Below are positions 1-13,305 of a DNA stretch of 64,000 bases, piece by piece. This DNA is from Azolla caroliniana (taxonomy: Eukaryota > Plantae > Polypodiophyta): positions 12,276,001 to 12,340,000 of the forward strand of contig JBHGNT010000011.1 in the NCBI GenBank assembly GCA_043228905.1. The letters run 5' to 3'. How positions within the stretch are numbered: the first letter of the stretch is position 1; each line of letters begins with the position of its first letter. Under the pieces are notes generated by a model, which had not been told where the DNA came from, did not search any database, and worked only from the letters and a program-made list of their open reading frames with translations. The translations under genes were made by a program, and so were the position numbers.

Positions 1-118
1 ATTGTTTATTCTATAACGATGTTATGAAAATATTTTTCCTAAATGATGAAATTGTACATGGTGATCCAATGTAATATAATTATTATATATTTTTATCTTA
101 ATTATTATACATTTTTAC

Positions 119-2567
119 CTGCCAAGGGTCCATGTTTCACTAGGTTTGCTGCAATCTGGTTCTCATCCAACGAGATGCTAATAAAATTCTCGAGTTTCCC
201 AGCAACCTTATTCGGATCAAAGATACATTGCCCCATTGACCCTCTGTAAGGGTACTCTTCTGCCGTCATCAATCCACCTGACTCCTTTATATACTCATAG
301 GCATTTGTCATCAACCCGCCTTTACAACCAGAGTCACATGCTTTCTTTTGTATTTGATCACACTACCCAAAAAAATTTAAGATCATGTTATTGAGTTAGG
401 CGTACGCCACTAAGATAGTGTCAATTAACAGTCGACAACGGTTTAGTTTAAAACCGTGGCTTAACAGTTTAAACGGTTCGGTTTAAGTTCAGGTTTTTTT
501 AAACGATTTGGTTTGGTTTCAACAGTTAGACACCACGGAATAAATAAATGTTTTAAAACGATCTTTTCATTTTCAAGCCTTATTCTCACATTTTAGGAAA
601 ATCTTTAAATTTTGAATTTTGACCTAAGTTGAAAAGCAAAACCGAACCACGAAGCTGCAATTTTAATGGTTTCATGGTTCAGTTTGGTTTAGGCTTCAAA
701 ATTTTTAAATGGTTCGGTTTTGACACTCTCAAACAAAACCGAAACGCTGCCGATTGTTAGTGTCCATATTATCTTTACGAAACATTATTGGTTCAATCCT
801 TTTATTACTACCATATAAATGTATACATGTCAATTTAACATTACGTTTATTGACTTCATATGACTATCTAAGCAATCCACAATCAAATGATAATGACGTC
901 GACAAACCTTCTCTATAACTAGTTTTTCATTCATGTATTCGAACGCAATACATTGAATGATACCTTTAGGCATATAAAAAAGTTTATGACGTTCATTAAT
1001 CATCTCAATCTTTAGGTTAAGGAGTTGGTGAACCTTAATGCAATGTCGGGTTTGAAATTTTACCCTAAATCAAATATAGTACATCAACTCAAAACTAGGT
1101 TCATTTGAATATATTGGTTAATACTTAACCTTAAAAGCATACAATATATATTGCGTTCACCTGAAAACTTAAGACAGAATGTCTACACCTCAAACTGGAA
1201 CACAGACAATTATTTGAATGCAAAAATTACAAAAACCAAAACAACATTTAGCTTGAAAAGCCCTATATATATGCTCATTAAGGCAAGAAATACCTTCTTA
1301 TCACAGTCTATAAGTTGTTGTTGACTTAGGTTAACCAATCTCCTAGTTGAAAGAAACAGTGCCCCTTCCATTACCCCTGTCGTTGTAAATGCCCAACAAG
1401 CCCCACAGAGACCCTAGGAAGATAATAAGGCAATTGGCACCAAAGACTTTAAGAAGACAACAATGTAAATGCACAAATTTGTATTAAATGTTCATCACAA
1501 ACGAGCATATATGACTATTGCACATCATCTCTATACAAAGTATACACCACAAAAAGGATATCAACATAGCATAAGGGCATAAGAGACAGGATGTTTCTTT
1601 TCCAACATGTGTGCTTGTTTTTCACATGTTATATAATGTGCACATAGCATATACAAAGACAAATGCTTACTAACATACATATGATGATATATGGCTCACA
1701 TGCATGTATGATGTAACATAGATAAAGGATACCCGATATGATTTATTTATAATGTTGATTCCATACATCCCATGCATACAAAACATACATCCCATGTATG
1801 CACACACACTTGATTCTTCACATTGGTCATGGTACTTAGCACCCTCAAACAATGTTGGTTCCATACATCCCATGTATGCACACACACTTGGTTCTTCACA
1901 TTGGTCATGGTGTTTAGCACCCTCCAATAGGTGTGCATACACAACATGCTTACGAGTACGTTAAAGACATGTACATGTTAGAGGAAAATTAGACACAACT
2001 GGGAACCTGGGTCTTGACGTCCGTCACTGCGCCTCGCTCCCTCCAATCGAAATTCTCGGGCAATTCATCCACCGGTAGAGTTGGAGCCGATACTAGACCA
2101 TGGCCACCACCAAGAGGAGAGAATGCTCCCTCAATATCCCCATTGATCCCCGCCGAATCTTCTTCTCCACCATACTTGAGGCCCAAGAAATGTTTTTCAA
2201 ACTCCTCTTGGGAAAGGTCCGAGAAAGGTGTGATTCCATGGATAGCCCCCGGATCGAGCTCCTGATGATGAAGGGCCTTCAAAAGGTTCTTCTTGAATAT
2301 CTCTAACCTCTGCACATACTCACCATGGCTAGAATAGAGCTTTCCATACCTTTTAATGAACATTTGGAAGATAGACTCTGCATAGACTGAATCGAAGATT
2401 CGACGGTGATCATGATGATGGTGGAGGTGTGATAGGAAATTAGGGTCTTCAGTGACTTGGGTTATCAGAGATTCATCAGAAAGGGCGGCTTCATGTATAT
2501 AGTATAGACAAAGGAGAGCAAAAATGAAGAGTATTCTTTGGGGGGAATTAAGGGGGACGAAAGCCAT
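119..2567 (-). CDS. RD19: Papain-family (C1A) cysteine protease, RD19/cathepsin-F-like; 3' exons lie beyond the left window edge
   Basis: Exons 2567-2007, 1413-1294 and 362-119 have GT/AG borders and stay in frame. The protein has a signal peptide, an I29 prodomain with an ERFNAQ-type motif (EYVQRLEIFKKNLLKALHHQ) and GITPFSDL, then mature-domain LPENFDWRERGAVTDVKTQ|GLCGACWAF (catalytic Cys) and CDSGCKGGLMTNAYEY. Confidence 0.93.
426..759. mobile_element. Non-autonomous hAT-type MITE in protease intron 2
   Basis: Imperfect TIRs TAACAGTCGACAACG / CGCTGCCGATTGTTA. 8-bp TSD GTGTCAAT (418-425) / GTGTCCAT (760-767). Many AAACCG/CGGTTT subterminal motifs. Confidence 0.7.
1757..1945. repeat. Tandem duplication of about 78 bp in protease intron 1
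   Basis: CATACATCCCATGTATGCACACACACTTG.TTCTTCACATTGGTCATGGT..TTAGCACCCTC occurs twice, at about 1784 and 1862. Confidence 0.8.
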
Positions 2568-4187
2568 TGGATGGTGGGAAGGCTAAATCGTCATGGGATG
2601 AACAGAAAAACCCTAATCTGTCACAAGATTAGAACAGAGGAACAGAAAACCCTAATTGCACACAACCCACAAAAAATGAGGAGCTCTCACAAATTGTAGG
2701 AGGCAGGAAAACAGGGGCCAAGTGGAGCCAAATGTGTCTCTGGAAAGCGGTGGGGTTTTTGCTTCCATGCAATCCAAGCCAAGTTTTCTTCCTTTCAAAA
2801 ATGTATTGAGTTTTCTCCTTAATTTTGTTTGCATACACAAATGTGACACTTGGCTCATCCTCCCTCCCCCATGAACTCGACTCAAGTGTTTCTTCTATTT
2901 TTGCCTTGGCCCGGTAATCTCAACCAAGTAAATGATCGGTTTTATTGTATTTATCGATCATCTATCCATGTCAAATGGTCATCTGTCTTGTAGTTATAGA
3001 TCATCTGTCCCCATCGATTCTACAAGTGGATTCGGTTGTTTTCGATAAGTGTAGAGGATGCCCCATTTCCACATCTTTTGAGATTGGCTTCGGGTTAAAT
3101 AGCGCCACACGATAGTACATTACGTTGTGCCCCGTTTTCATTCTTCTATATTGTCAATACCCTTTTCATGGGATTGTGTTTCGTGCGTATATGAATGATT
3201 GCATACATTTTCTATATGGGTATTCCATTGAGTATGTAGTCGAAGTGGAGGCTATATATATAGCCATATTCCCTACCCTTGAACATAATCTTGCAAATAA
3301 GCCCACCCCCCTATTATTAGAAGGGATTGTATCAATATAACATGATAGATTGAACGTGTAAATCATGTACTAAAAATATATGAATTGTACGTCTGTCAAT
3401 GCAGCTGGTGATTTGAAATTGATGATTATTCACACCTCCTAGAGTTTTGAGTAGGGATACTACAAAACATTAGTGGTGATGGATACTCCTTTTGTGTTAG
3501 GTGTATGGTTTTCAACTAAAATCACCTCTTGTAGTAAGATCAATGCCTCTAAACCTCTTCGTGAAAGGTCAAGCGCACAATTAAATAGGAACCATAAAAT
3601 AGGATGTAAGGTAGGGGGATATATTTTGGCAATCAAGAAAGGGGAATATCTTTTGGTGTAGAGGACATGAACATAGGGGAAATGACCATAGATGACCAAT
3701 CAATCTTTGTGCTACATCACCCATCCCAACTTTTGCAATTGAAATGTAATTGCGAACTTATCCCTGCATGTGAACCTATGATCATATTAAGGAAATAAAC
3801 CAAATTACATAAGAAAATGTGTCGCATGAGGCTATTGACATTCGAAGTATCAAAATAAAACACTCTAAATCTTCCAAACCAAAATTTCAAATCTTTAGAA
3901 CTTGTCTAAATTACAACACCGCTTACGACATTAGTAGTTTAACAACAATGGGAAACAAAAAATAAATGGCTACTTATTGAAATCGTGAAACTAATCATTA
4001 CAAAACACAATGGTAATCTCATTATTCTTTATAGATGGCCTCTTACATAATTATGTCACATCGTAATCAACATTACCATAGTTAACCTCACAACTACATA
4101 TTAGAGTTATCTTCTTGCATGTTTGTAACAAAGTGAGTAATTTCATGTATGCAAGATTTTTGTAAATATATTAAAGAGTGGTTGGAT

Positions 4188-4900
4188 TTTTTATTTATTT
4201 TTAATTTTTTTTACATAAACTACACCATAGTTTCCATTACCAATGCAATAAGCAAATACAAACCTATAATGGTACATTTTAGTGGCGGGTAGGATATCCC
4301 CCCTTAGGTCAAAATTGAAACGAATCTCCACCTATGGAGGGAACAACCATCGCGGGGGTACATATTGCCATTCCATTTTGTCATTTCTCTCCACAAAAAC
4401 TAGCAAATCCTTCCATTTGCCTTTAAAGGATTGTTGTTTCAGAAAAATCATATCTTCATTACCCGTGAAGGAGTCATATTGACCTTTTAGAGTTGAGATA
4501 AGCATCAACCAAATTTCCTTCACACAATGAACAGGATTTTGCTTTATTTGCTGAAACACATTTTGGCATCGACCTATCCAAATATTCCATAGAACCACTG
4601 ACGATATCGTAGCCCATATTGTGGCATCCACATTCAACCGATTTGGGCTTGAATATGGTATGTCCTTAACTTGCCTTCCCTAGTTTGAAGGTAAACAATA
4701 TCTTTTCCCTTTCATAATTATGTTTATCCACATTTACGTCCATCCAAAAGACATTTCCCCATGTAATCACATTAGGTCCATATGCAACATCAATGAGATG
4801 CAACATACGTTTCCAAACAGAGCATGCATCCATACAGTTCCATAAGGCATGTTGCATTGATTCCAAGTGAAGCCCACAAAAAGAGCAAGTTTTGGTTCCC
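4188..4900 (-). mobile_element. 5'-truncated L1-type LINE (ORF2 C-terminal zinc-finger region)
   Basis: 16-bp TSD TAAAGAGTGGTTGGAT at 4172-4187 and 4901-4916. A-rich tail on the minus strand (T-run 4188-4212). Translation CSFCGLHLESMQHALWNC ... WNIWIGRCQNVF is zf-RVT-like. Confidence 0.88.
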
Positions 4901-5035
4901 TAAAGAGTGGTTGGATATTTAAACTGCCTTATTTTCGTTATTTCCTCAAGCATCCCTAGTCACGCCTCAAAAGGTAGAAAATGGGATGCATAAGGGATAA
5001 TTATAATGATATAATTGCTCAAATAGCATATATAT

Positions 5036-5066
<31 letters not shown>

Positions 5067-5567
5067 AGAGAAAAGAGGGATGAAGTGACCACAAAATTAC
5101 TCAATTACCACATGTGATTGCTTGAGAGGTGATTCACTTTGGCAAGAAATAGCAAGAGTGTAAATTGTAATAAAGAAAGTTTTGAGTTGAACCTTGCTCT
5201 TGGCCATCAATGTGTTAATTTTATTTTGTAGATGATTGTAAGAAATTATGGGTTACACCAACCATTCAACAACAAAAGTGTTTATTTGTTTTCCCAATGA
5301 AAAAATTGAGTTGAACCTTGCATTTGAAGAGGTTGATCATTGAACGCAAGAGCTTTTCCTTTATACTAATAAAGGAAACTATAAGTTTGGCCTAGGCACT
5401 CAAGGTGTCTTGGTTGGTTGTCGTGTATGAAGTGAGCTGACTTATGCGGAAGCATGTATCAACCTTGTTGTGGAGTTATCAAGCAAGCAATGGATGGAGA
5501 TATGAAGCATTGTTCATGTCAAGAAAGTATACACACAGAGAGGGGGGGGGGGGGGGGGGGGGGAGGG

Positions 5568-5618
<51 letters not shown>

Positions 5619-5622
<4 letters not shown>

Positions 5623-6287
5623 AGGCTCAAGAAGACAATTGCATTATTAATCCCACGAACTACTCTTACAAGATTATGTTCGTCATCTTTATAGTTTAAC
5701 TAAGCCCTAACTATGAGGATGTGTTCACACTAGGATTACAATGGGTAGAGTGGCATTTTTAGCCCAACAAATTCCCTTATAAAAAGGAATACTTTAATCA
5801 TTTACAGTGAGATGGGGTTATCTCCCCCGTAAGCTTAAATTACATTTTTAAATTTAAACTACAATTAGAATTTACAAGCTGGATTGGCAATGGTAGAGTT
5901 CGCTTAGTTGCCAAATCGGATAGTTATCCAATTGGCTATTAGCCGAGTCGGCTTTCGACCTTTTGACCATCGACTTCTTTCGTCGATTGGTCCTCGTTCC
6001 TTCATCCAGATCGATGATCAGCTTCCAACTCCTTCCGCCCTTCGATCATCTTGTAGCCTTTCGGCTCTCTCGAACTCAATAGCCTCTGCAATGTTTCGGT
6101 TGTTCGGCTTATCGACTTTGCTGTTTCGGCTCGTTCGATCCCTTCCGATTTTTGACTCCCCTACAACTCCTTCGGACTTTGAGCTTTTTGTTGTTCAGGA
6201 GCTCCTGCATGTGAGGATACCTCACCTCAATATGCTTTGCCTTCGCATGGTATATTGGGTTTTGAATGAGGTGGATTGCGCTCTCCA

Positions 6288-6324
<37 letters not shown>

Positions 6325-7438
6325 GAGAGAGAGAGAGTTTCAAGCTCAAGAAGACAGTTGCATTATTAATCCCACAAACTACTCTTACAAGATTAGGTTC
6401 GTCATCTTTATAGTTAGGGTAACTAAGCCCTAACTATGAGGATGTGTTCACACTAGGATTACAATGGGTAGAGTGGCATTTTTAGCCCAACAAATTCCCT
6501 TATAAAAAGGAATACTTTAATCATTTACAGTGAGATGGGGTTATCTCCCCCATAAGCTTAAATTACATTTTTAAATTTAAATTACAATTAGAATTTACAA
6601 GCCAGATTGGCAATAGTAGAGTCGGCTTAGTTGCCAAATCGGATGGTTATCCAATTGGCTATTAGCCGAGTCGGCTTTCGACCTTTTGACCATCGACTTC
6701 TTTTGTCGATTGGTCCTCGTTCCTTCATCCAGATCGATGATCAGCTTCCAACTCCTTCCGCCCTTCGATCGTCTTGTAGCCTTTCGGCTCTCTCGAACTC
6801 AATAGCCTTTGCAATGTTTCAGTTGTTCGGCTTATCGACTTTGCTGTTTCGGCTCGTTCGATCCCTTCCAATTTCTGACTCCCCTACAGCTCCTTCTGTC
6901 ACGGACACACCAAGCGCGGACTAAGACGGAGCACGGATGATGAGGCTACGACGGAGCGATGACAGAATGACACAAGAGCATAAAGATAGAGATGAAGATT
7001 AAGGAGAAGATGGGCAAAACGAGAATACTAGATTGATATGTCCATGACTGGCGTTGTTCACCTTGAATTCCTTCAAGGTGAAATCAACTATTTATACTGA
7101 GTGGCATGCATACCTGTTGCATGCATGTGATACAATAGAGCATGTAGGCATTAGGTACGCATGCATGTGCCAAGTGTTAATAATACAAGGGAGAAATTAT
7201 GCACATGATGCTAGCTAAAACCTACAATGAGGAAGTATATACATGATTATATGTTAGATGTGTGGTTAACACATAACACTCGATTACAACATGGTTATGT
7301 CAAGAGTTTGAATCTTGACACCTTCGGACTTTGAGCTTTTTATTGCTAAGGAGCTCCCGCATGTGAGGATACCTCACCTCAATATGTTTTGCCTTCGCAT
7401 GGTATATTGGGTTCTGAATGAGGTGGATTGCGCTCTCC
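5619..7438. repeat. Tandem duplication of about 720 bp of the Copia-A LTR/RNase H junction, bounded by (GA)n
   Basis: 5619-6288 is near-identical to 6337-7438, and the second copy carries a solo LTR. The near-identical ORFs 5908-6369 and 6631-6924 reflect this duplication. Confidence 0.9.
6897..7320 (-). mobile_element. Solo LTR related to the chromovirus LTR at 25390
   Basis: TG...CA ends and 5-bp TSD CCTTC (6892-6896, 7321-7325). The reverse complement begins TGTCAAGATTCAAACTCTTGACA and ends TCCGTGACA, like 25390-25742. Confidence 0.9.
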
Positions 7439-9438
7439 GAGTCGAAATACAAGGTCGGTGTTGGATGCCGATTTGTCTCTTGGCCGAAAAGTTGGCCAAT
7501 CGTTGCAGTGCTCCACGAGATAGCTCTGCCTCCATAGGTAAAGACATATCCTAACGTCGATTTCCGGGGTTGCTGACATAATCAGAATCGATGAAGCCTT
7601 TGACTTCGATCAGTTGGTCTGATTTGAAAGTCAGTTGTAAGTCCTTGGTGCCGCATAGTTACTAGAATATGTGTTTACAAATTCCTAATGCTTCTTTCTA
7701 GGAGTAGACATGTAGCGACTAGTGGCTTCTACAATATAGGCAAGGTCGGATCGGGTGGCCACCATCGCGTACGTGACACTTCCTACGACCGATGCGTAGG
7801 GTATTCGGCTCATGACCTCTCTCTCTTCCTATGTGGAAGGAGATTCCCTGTCCAATAGTTTGATTGACATCGGGAGCAGTGTTGGTGTTAGCTTCGATTT
7901 GTGCATATTGAAGTATTTTTGCACCTTCCGCATGTAATTAAATTGGGAGAGCCAGAGGAGCTTCGTTGTCCGATTTCGCTCTATCCGCATGCCCAAAATA
8001 CGTGTTAGCCTTCTTCGAGCTCTTTCATTGAGAATTTCTCGTGAAGTTGTTGCTTCAGCTTCTTGATTTTGGCTTTATCACTTCCGGCAATAAACATGTC
8101 ATCAACATATAGGATTAGGTAGATCCGGGACTCGTCGGCTAGTTGCCAAATATACATGCATGGGTCGAAGTTGAACCGGATGTAACCAAGCTACTAGATG
8201 TAGGAGTCAAACTTCTAGTACCACATCCTCGGCACTTGCTTCCAGTCATAAAGACTTTTCTTATATTGGCACACGAGGTGACCTTCCTCCACCGTTGTCG
8301 TAAAGCTTGCATGTTGAGACATGTATATGTCCTCTTCCAGATCTTCATGAAGGAATGCCATTTTTACGTCCAATTGTTCTAAGTCTAGGTCTTCCATCGC
8401 TACGACCCTGTGAAAAAGTAACTATGCAAAAGCTAAGACAAAACCGGCTCAGCCGGATAGCAACAAAATACAGACACAGGTTTAATGGAATCTTGACACG
8501 AGAGAGACAGAAGTTAGAGCAGAACAACATAAAGCTAAATTCAAAATAATAACACTCTGTACATACAATGTGCTGAGTGAGCACTTTTATAAAAGTCCAT
8601 GAAAGGACTGATAGAAGTACTGACATGTACTTCAATGCTCATACGTGTGACTGACACTAAATCCCAAAAATATGCCTACATACTAGGCTATATTCGTAGG
8701 CCTCTAACGGCTTGCCGGTTCATCCTGATCCGGATTATAATTCAGTTCTCTGATCCGGCTCCTGGTTCCAATCACCGATCCGGTTCTTCAATCCAGATAC
8801 GGATCCGGCTCTAGCTTATTCAACCGATCCGAATCCGGTTGAGCTTATTCGCTCAACACTCCCCCTCAAGCTCAACTTGAGGTCGGATCGTGGTGTGAGT
8901 GTCTGTGGTAGTCGGTCCTCTCCTCTGGCTCCCCCGGGCGTCCTCCCACCTGGCTCGTGCTCCTCGTCTGGTCCGGTTCGGCTTCTCGCGACACGTCCGG
9001 TTCTGCGCATCTCAACCTTCTCGGTCGGATTGTTTGCTCCCTCGGCCCTTGGCCTTCAGATAATTCAGCTCTTTTGAATCGGTTGTCTCCGATTCGTTCC
9101 TTCTCGTGTCCGAGTTGGCTGTCTCCAACTCATCCCCAATCTTCCAACCTTTCACAACATCGGACCACGTCCGTGTCTCAGTCTTTCGGGCTTTGCCTTC
9201 CCCTTTTTTTGTTGGCTCCGGCTTGGGCTTTCCGTTCCAGTGGCTCCCCCTACGTCCGACCTCGGCTTCTTCAGCCGACCCGTGCACTCCGACTTCTTCA
9301 ATCGAACCGAAATCGAAATCAATATCTAACTTTTTGGTTCATCCATCTCTATCATTCCTCTTGTTTTTGCCCCTCACTTTCGACATATTGAGGTACTGCA
9401 CACCTAGTGCTCTGGAGAATTGCCGCAACTTGTCTAAG

Positions 9439-10085
9439 TAGCAATGGACCTGGTTTCGGCTCAAACCGAACCGAACCGTTAAACCGTGGCTTAACGATTT
9501 ATTGGTTCAAAAATAAATAAACCATTTGGTTTGGTTTCAAATGTTATGATCCGGTTCGGTTCGGTTTTAAATTTCATGGTTTAGCGGTTTAGTGGTTTTG
9601 GTTTAGTGGTTTGGTTTAAAGGTTTATAGGTTAAAAAATATTCCTAAATTTCCACCTCTAGGCTAACTTTCAGCTTTTAATTTTAAACCTCTAGGCTCTA
9701 ACTTATTAAATTCTATATACATTATAAGTAGAGTGTCCTTTTGATGTATGATTATCAAATTTATGATAAGTATGATGACGAAATTTATAATATGTATGAG
9801 GACTAAATTGATGAAAGGTATGATGACCAAACGTATAATAAGTGTGATAACTAAATTTATCATAAGTATGATGACCAAACTTATGATGATTTTCTCACAT
9901 AAATTCATAATATGTATGATAATCAATATCTCAAAAAAATGATTTGGTTTGGTTTTGATTTTTGATAAACCGGTTTGGTTTGGTTCTAAAATTTTCGTAA
10001 ACAGTTTGGTTTGGTTTTTATTATAAATAAATGGTTTGGTTTGGTTTCAAGGCCAAGAAACCGAACCGAACCAAGCCCATTGCTA
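9439..10085. mobile_element. Non-autonomous hAT-type element in the Copia-B RNase H
   Basis: TIR TAGCAATGG / CCATTGCTA and perfect 8-bp TSD TGTCTAAG (9431-9438, 10086-10093). AACCG-rich subtermini and AT-rich core. It interrupts ...FTNPLGLD|KLRQFS. Confidence 0.92.
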
Positions 10086-11677
10086 TGTCTAAGCCTAGGG
10101 GATTGGTAAAGATATCGGCAATCTGCCGATCTGTAGGAACATGCACGAGTTCCACTCCACCGGAGAGAACTTGGTCACGGACAAAATGGTAGTGCACCTC
10201 AATGTACTTTGTTCGGACATGCAAGACGGGGTTCTTAGCTAGCTAGATGTTGTTGAGGTTGTCGCAATAGATCGTCATCAGATTAGACTATCTATTGGAA
10301 CCTTTTTGGGTCGCATGCCGTTTCGGAGTCAGGGCAAAGCTTCACAATCCGGTTCAGAGGAGTCGAGACGGATTTGCATTCCGTCATACCAAATTTGTAG
10401 AGTATACTCAACACATAATGTTGTTGGCTCATCAGTATGCCTTCGGGGTTGCGGATCACTTCGACCCCGAGGAAGTAATGAAGGTCATCGAGATCCTTCA
10501 TTTCGAATGATGTCGCGAGTTGGGATTTGACGCGGCCGATTATGTCTAGGTCAATGTCGGCGATGACAAGATCATCCACATAGAGCAATATGCTCACCGG
10601 CTTGTTCCAACCTTGCCGGATGAAGAGTGAAGAGTTTGATTTCGACAGAGCAACCCCATCCGATGCAGTCTCTACATGATCTTCGCATTCCAGGCGTGTG
10701 GGTCTTGCTTGAGTCCGTAAAGGAACTTCGTCAGTCGGCATACAACCGATGTGTTCACTCTGAACTGAAATCCGAGGGGCTGAACCATAAACACTTGTTC
10801 CTCAAGGTCACCTTGTAGGAACGTTTTTTTCACATCCATCTGATGGAGATGCCACCCCTTCGCCGCTGCCACTGCAAGTAGGACACGAATGATCGTCATC
10901 TTCGCGATCGGCACGAACGTCTCATCGTAATCGATGTCATGTTGTTGCGCATAACCGTTGGCCACTAGTCGGGCCTTGTACTTGTTGATGGAGCCGTCAG
11001 GGTTGTATTTGACCTTGTATACCCATCGGTAATCTATCGATTTCACCCCTTTCAGTACATCAAGTAAATCCCACGTCTCGTTTTCCGTGAGTGTGTGCAT
11101 CTCTCCTCCATGACCTTCCTCCAATTCGAATCCTTAGCCACTTCTGCCTAGCTCTCTAGCTCACGCACGACTGTCACCTTCACCATGTACATATAATTAT
11201 GTGCCATATACTTCACGGGGTTTTTATGGCGGGTGAATCGACGCAATTCCTGATTCGCAAATTTCGTGGCCTTCTCGATCAATTTTGACCTTTTCCTCAA
11301 AGGTTCCTTTTCGGTTCTATCGGAGTCGGATTTTCTCCGATCCGACTCGGCTCGGCAGGTGTCATACTCTGTGTTGAGAGATCAAGCTCAACTTAGTTTA
11401 GTTAGTTAGTCAACCATGGAACTTCGTAGTTACCTAGATAGAATCTAGTTAGAAGTGTTGACTATAACGCCTTAAATAGGACCTTGTACTTAAGTGGGAT
11501 ATTCTAGATCCTCCACTCCTAAGTACATTTAATATAGGACTTACACATTAGTACCTATACTCTACTCACACAATGATGTATATATACCTCATTGTGGGTA
11601 TTTTTGTATTTGATGATGATGTTGATGCTAATTTAATATATAGTTACTCGTCCCCAATATTGTATTGTTCATAAGTG

Positions 11678-11713
<36 letters not shown>

Positions 11714-11987
11714 TCTCACACACATACACACACATATCACATAATCTTCCGCACTTAACTTTATCACATAATTAGGTACTAATTAACCCTTGCTTAATTA
11801 CTTACCTAATTCTTAACATGGTATCAGAGCTTGTGGTTTAGCACATCCACTAAGCCCACCCGATTCCGTGATTGTGTGTTCGAGACGCCGACGACAAAAT
11901 CCGGCTATCCGCTACCGTAGTGTCGTTAAGTACACGTATACGTGATCGAAGGAAGAAAAGCAAAAGAAGAGAAGACACTACAATCAG

Positions 11988-13305
11988 CATGAACACACAA
12001 ATGGGTAGCTCGCTCCCTAGTGAAAAGCTAGACCGGAGCAATTATTCATCTTGGGAGTACAAGATGACCCAATACCTCGTCGGCCAAGGGTATTGGAGCT
12101 ACATCAATGGCGCTCAAGAAAATCGACTCGACTCAAAGAACGCTAACTACGCAACATGGGAGCAAGTGGCGAGTCGAGTCATGTATTGCTTGGCAACATG
12201 TGTCCATGACCACATGCTTAGCCACATTCGAGACGCCAAGACGCCTAAAGAAGCGTGGGCAAACTTAAAGAAAATGTTTGCCCCCAACAAAACCGCCCGA
12301 AAGCTTCAACTCCGACAAGAGTTGAACAACATTCAGCAAAAAGACATGTCCGTGTCGGACTACACCACCAAGATCAAGAGCATTTGCGACTCGCTCGAGA
12401 TAGTTCAAGTATGCTTGGGCAGCCTCGCACAACGATTCGATCCATTACGGATGGCAATCTTGGCGAGAGAAAACCCTCCTTCATTCTTCGACCTCCAATC
12501 AATGCTATTGGTCAAAGAGAACCATGTCCGAACCAAAAGCAAGACGTCAGAAAGACAAATGCTCTTCTCGACTTCGGACGGTGGCCGAGGACGAGGTCAC
12601 GGCGGTAGAAGAGGTCAATTCGACCCATCACGCGAAGGGAACACAAACCTTCACGGAAGCTATCGAGGAACCTTCGGAAGAAGGAGGAGCTTCCACGCCG
12701 AACATGGTCGTCAAACAAGGCCCGCAACTTGCAATTATTGCAGCAAAATCGGCCACTACGAGGCGGAGTGTCGGAAAAAGAGAAGTGAATCGGCTTCAAC
12801 AAGTCGACACCTCACAAACTACGCATCAAACTTCGATCACGACACCCGTAGCGGAATGTTCATGAATCACGCGTCGAATTCCGACTACGACGATCGTAGT
12901 GAAATGTTTACAAATTACGCCCCAAATTTTGACTACGGCGACCATGGCGGAATGTTCGTAATGAGGCATAGCGCCAACTCTATGACGGACTCCAACTCTG
13001 CAAGCACCTCCAACTCGGAAGATGTGTGGTTCGTCGATTCCGGCGCCTCACATCACATGACATCTCACAAAGAGTGGTTTCGTGATTTACGAACGCCGGA
13101 TCGACCCGGGTTCATAGAGACGGGAGACAACACCACACACCCCATTCGGCACAATGGCAATGTCCCATTCGGGAAAGAAGGCGAGCAAACTTGCATCAAG
13201 AATGTCTTGCATGTGCCCACAATAACGAAGAATTTGGTCTCGGTCGGCCAAATCGTGGAGCAAGGCATGCAAGTCCCGCTTCAACAACGAAGGTTGTTTC
13301 ATTGA
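11988..13305 (+). pseudogene. Copia-C gag-protease ORF, frameshifted before the GAG-pre-integrase region
   Basis: LPSEKLDRSNYSSWEYKM, CNYCSKIGHYEAEC and DVWFVDSGASHHMT. Homology continues in another frame (ELWHKRIGH). Confidence 0.85.

Noticed and set aside
5908-6924. Duplicated 153-aa and 97-aa plus-strand ORFs as a gene pair
   Set aside because: They are antisense read-throughs of a duplicated Copia LTR/RNase H segment.
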